11,632 bases of DNA. It comes from Octopus sinensis (Eukaryota). Made by a program: the position numbers and the translations under genes. Position 1 is the stretch's first letter, and each line of letters begins with the position of its first letter. The DNA lies in the NCBI RefSeq assembly GCF_006345805.1, contig NW_021826945.1:1-11632 (forward strand). Reading direction: 5' to 3'. Positions 8,848 through 11,632 of this stretch are shown piece after piece. The notes under the pieces were generated by a model. That model was given only the letters and a program-made list of their open reading frames with translations, did no database searches and had not been told where the DNA came from.

Positions 8848-9233
8848 GTAGAGTCGCAATGGCCCAGTGGTTAGGGTAGCGGACTCGCGGTCGTAGGATC
8901 GCGGTTTCGATTCCCAGAACGGGCGTTGGAGTCTTTATTGAGCGAAAACATCTAAAGCTCCACGAGGCTCCGGCAGGGGATGGTGGCAAACCCTGCTGTA
9001 CTCTTTCACCACAACTTTCTCTCACTCTTTCTTCCTGCTTCTGTATTACCTGTATTTCAAAGGGCCAGCCTTGTCACACTCTGTGTCACGCTGAATCTCC
9101 CCGAGAACTACATTAAAGGTACGCGTGTCTGTGGAGTGCTCAGCCACTTGCACGTTAATTTCACTAGCAGGCTGTTCCGTTGATCGGATCAACTGGAACC
9201 CTCGTCGTCGTCGTAACCGACGGAATGCTACCA
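8848..9233 (+). mobile_element. Full-length tRNA-derived SINE (second family) with an 11-bp target-site duplication
   Basis: A box TGGCCCAGTGG at 8860-8870 and B box GGTTTCGATTCCC at 8903-8915. Flanked by TTATCTTATAT at 8837-8847 and 9234-9244. Confidence 0.85.
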
Positions 9234-9637
9234 TTATCTTATATATCAGTGGTCCTCAACCGGAGTCCAGATGGAGTTCCCGCAACTAAATAGTAAATTG
9301 GGGATCCACAATAATATTCTAAGGGCCCTGAAAAAATTTTTTTGCTTCAGATGTATGTATTGGTATTTATTGCAAGAAACAGTTTAGTTTCTTTCTCTAA
9401 CATTTTACATAGTTCAGCTTACACAGCTTGATGAGTGAAAAATGAAATAGGAATTTTGAAAGAAGTTTCTATAAAACTAGTTTTTAAACATCGACTGGAA
9501 ATGGGGTCCACCGTGAAATATTTTTGGGGCCCACATAACAATATTCTAAGGGTTCCTGAAAAAAATTCTGTTTCAGATGTATGTATTGGTATGTATTACA
9601 AAGAAAAGCTCGGTTTCTTTGTCTAACAGTTTACATA

Positions 9638-10174
9638 CAAGAATGAACCGATTTCATTACGAAATATTTTAATAAGGAAAAGCAATAGAGAACTCCAGCT
9701 AAGTCACAAGTATTTACTCACACTCAACTTTTATTTCTTGTCTTACAAGAGTTCAATGTGTTCGCCATCTGCAGCACGGGGAACATCAATGCGATAAGAG
9801 AATTCCTCCCAGATGCGTATCTGCTTTGCCTGCGAGATCCCCAGACCTCATCCTGTGCGATTTTTTCTTGTAGGGATATGTAAAAGATCGCGTTTATGTT
9901 CCACGGCTAATCACTTACCTCGATTACCTTAAACATCGTATAACAACAGCGATCAACTCAGTGGATTGTGATATGCAGATACGCGTCTGGGAGAAATTCT
10001 CTTATCGCATTGATGTTGACCGTGCTGCAGATGGTGGCCACATTGAACACTTATAAGACAGAAAATAAAAGTTGATTGTGAGTAAATACTTGTGACTCAG
10101 CTGGAGTTTGCTATTGCTTTTCGTTATTAAAATATTGCGTAATGAAATCAGTTCATTGAATTTGAATAACCCTG
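9638..10174 (+). mobile_element. Tc1/mariner-derived fold-back element inserted at a TA in the middle hAT unit
   Basis: Left flank TA at 9636-9637. Right end TTGAATAACCCTG followed by GA (decayed TA). The sister units show the empty site ACATAGTTCA. Inverted arms at 9642-9824 and 9975-10157. Confidence 0.85.
9826..10056 (+). pseudogene. Tc1/mariner DDD-type transposase C-terminus
   Basis: LPARSPDLILCDFFL*GYVKDRVYVPRLITYLDYLKHRITTAINSVDCDMQIRVWEKFSYRIDVDRAADGGHIEHL*, matching the WPPRSPDLxPxDFFLWGYxK...GGHIEHL consensus. An in-frame TAG at 9871-9873 replaces Trp. Confidence 0.9.
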
Positions 10175-10851
10175 GAGTTCAACAACCACAAGTTAATGTG
10201 CGGAAAACAATAAGAATTTGGAAAGAAAATTCTATAAACCTAGTTTTTAAACATCGATTGGAAAGGGGGTCCACTAGAATAATATAATAACCAAAGAGAA
10301 CCCCCGTTTTAGATGTATGATTTGGTGTATATTGCAAGAAACAGATAGGTTTCTTCGTTTAACATTTTACATAGTTCAACCTGTACAAGCTAATAAAACA
10401 GGAATTTTGAAAGAAGTTTCTATAAAACTAGTTTTTAAACATCGAATGTGTCTGCAAGGTCCACCAGAATAAAACAGTAATCAAAGGGGTCCATAAATAA
10501 AAAAGTAGCTGAGAATCCCACGTCTACATTACCCCCAACTCATAACTCTTGCTCTCTCTCTCTCTCTCATATCCTTCCTGGTTATTTCATCACAAATATG
10601 AAATATTTCGACCTCTGATACATTAACCTGTTTGGAATCTCATTTGCCAGATTTCTATTCTATCCTTCTCACCACATTTTCCTTTCCATTTCCTTTGCTC
10701 CACTTGTCCTCTTCGTACTCCGGCGTTTCTCTTCTACGTCCGCATCCTGCTGCTAGTACTCTTTTACTCCACCTCGTCTGCTCTAGTATCTATATATATA
10801 TACCCCCTATACTTTAACCCGGATTCTGTTTTTTCACATACGACGATCATC

Positions 10852-10996
10852 ACTACTACTACTACTACTAGCACCACCACCACCACCACCACCACCACCA
10901 CCACCACCACCTGCTTAACTACTACTACTACTACTTCTACTACTTCTACTACTACTGCTGCTGCTACTACTACTACTACTAATACTGCTGCTGCTG

Positions 10997-11057
<61 letters not shown>

Positions 11058-11108
11058 GACTACTGCCGCTGCTGCTGCGACTACTACTACTACTAATGCT
11101 GCTGCTAA

Positions 11109-11142
<34 letters not shown>

Positions 11143-11182
11143 ACTACTACTACTACTACTACTACTCTACTATTACGACTAC
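10852..11182 (+). repeat. (ACT)n/(ACC)n/(GCT)n compound array
   Basis: Direct reading. Confidence 0.95.
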
Positions 11183-11350
11183 TCTCTACTTCTCTTTCAC
11201 TTCCTATCCTTTCCTCTCCTCTTCCTCCCCTTCCCTTCCTCCGCTTTTTACTCGCCCCTTCTCCCCTTCTCCCCCCTCCTCCTTTCTCCAGTTCCATTCC
11301 ACCTCCGCCTCTTGTGCTTCAACACCTCTTTCTCCTCCCCCACCTCTCGT
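11183..11350 (+). repeat. Low-complexity polypyrimidine (CT-rich) tract
   Basis: Direct reading. Confidence 0.8.
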
Positions 11351-11577
11351 CCACATACCAACTAGTCCTTTCCATTCCTTGCCACTTCCTGTTCATCCCT
11401 GGTTTCTTGGTCTTCTTTTTATTTGTCTATACCAGAGCATTGTTCTCTTTTACTCCACGATGGACTTGACTTACCAATCCATCGATAATCAAAAGTCTTT
11501 CTCTCTTCTTCGACTTTCTTACATTTCACTCATTTCTTCTCTCTCCAATTTTCGTAATTTCTGTTCTCTAGTGTTCA

Positions 11578-11626
11578 ACATCATCATCATCACTACCATC
11601 GTCATCATCATCAACATCATCATCAT
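11578..11626 (+). repeat. (ATC)n array
   Basis: Direct reading. Confidence 0.9.
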
Positions 11627-11632
11627 GCATAT

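Larger units (their letters stand above)
9247..10522 (+). mobile_element. Non-autonomous hAT (Charlie-like) MITE with a triplicated ~190-225-bp interior
   Basis: Left end CAGTGGTCCTCAACC (9247-9261) and a degenerate right end GCTGAGAATCCC (~10508-10519). Three copies of AGATGTATG...GTTTCTT...AACA.TTTACATA|GTTCA...GAAAGAA..TTCTATAAA.CTAGTTTTTAAACATCGA...GGTCCAC. Confidence 0.7.

Noticed and set aside
8851-8925. tRNA gene call for the SINE heads (also ~8520-8578 on the minus strand)
   Set aside because: A and B boxes are present, but I could not form a complete cloverleaf, and both heads continue into SINE bodies.
10764-11365. ORFs 10764-11297 (-) and 11096-11365 (+)
   Set aside because: They are microsatellite and polypyrimidine artefacts.

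Overview
Eukaryotic, AT-rich, microsatellite-laden DNA with no recognisable intact host gene. The SINE types and repeat landscape suggest an octopod cephalopod (inference). Almost the whole window is transposon debris and simple repeats. In order: a Helitron-type 3' end (to 729); a 5'-truncated, frameshifted Penelope-like retroelement on the minus strand (RT C-terminus plus GIY-YIG, about 750-2570) with a degenerate minimal hammerhead-like fold downstream of its ORF; a Helitron Pif1-helicase C-terminal fragment (2992-3369); large (AGT)n/(ACT)n/(GAT)n arrays; a young-looking, 5'-truncated Tx1/L1-type LINE (5429-6527) with (ATCT)n arrays on both sides; a 105-bp higher-order repeat built from GAT triplets; two tRNA-derived SINE families; and a hAT-like MITE with a triplicated interior that hosts a fold-back Tc1/mariner derivative with 183-bp inverted arms. 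The best lead for an undescribed system is a (GATA/ATCT)n-targeting Tx1-clade retrotransposon. Most ORFs in the supplied track are microsatellite artefacts.
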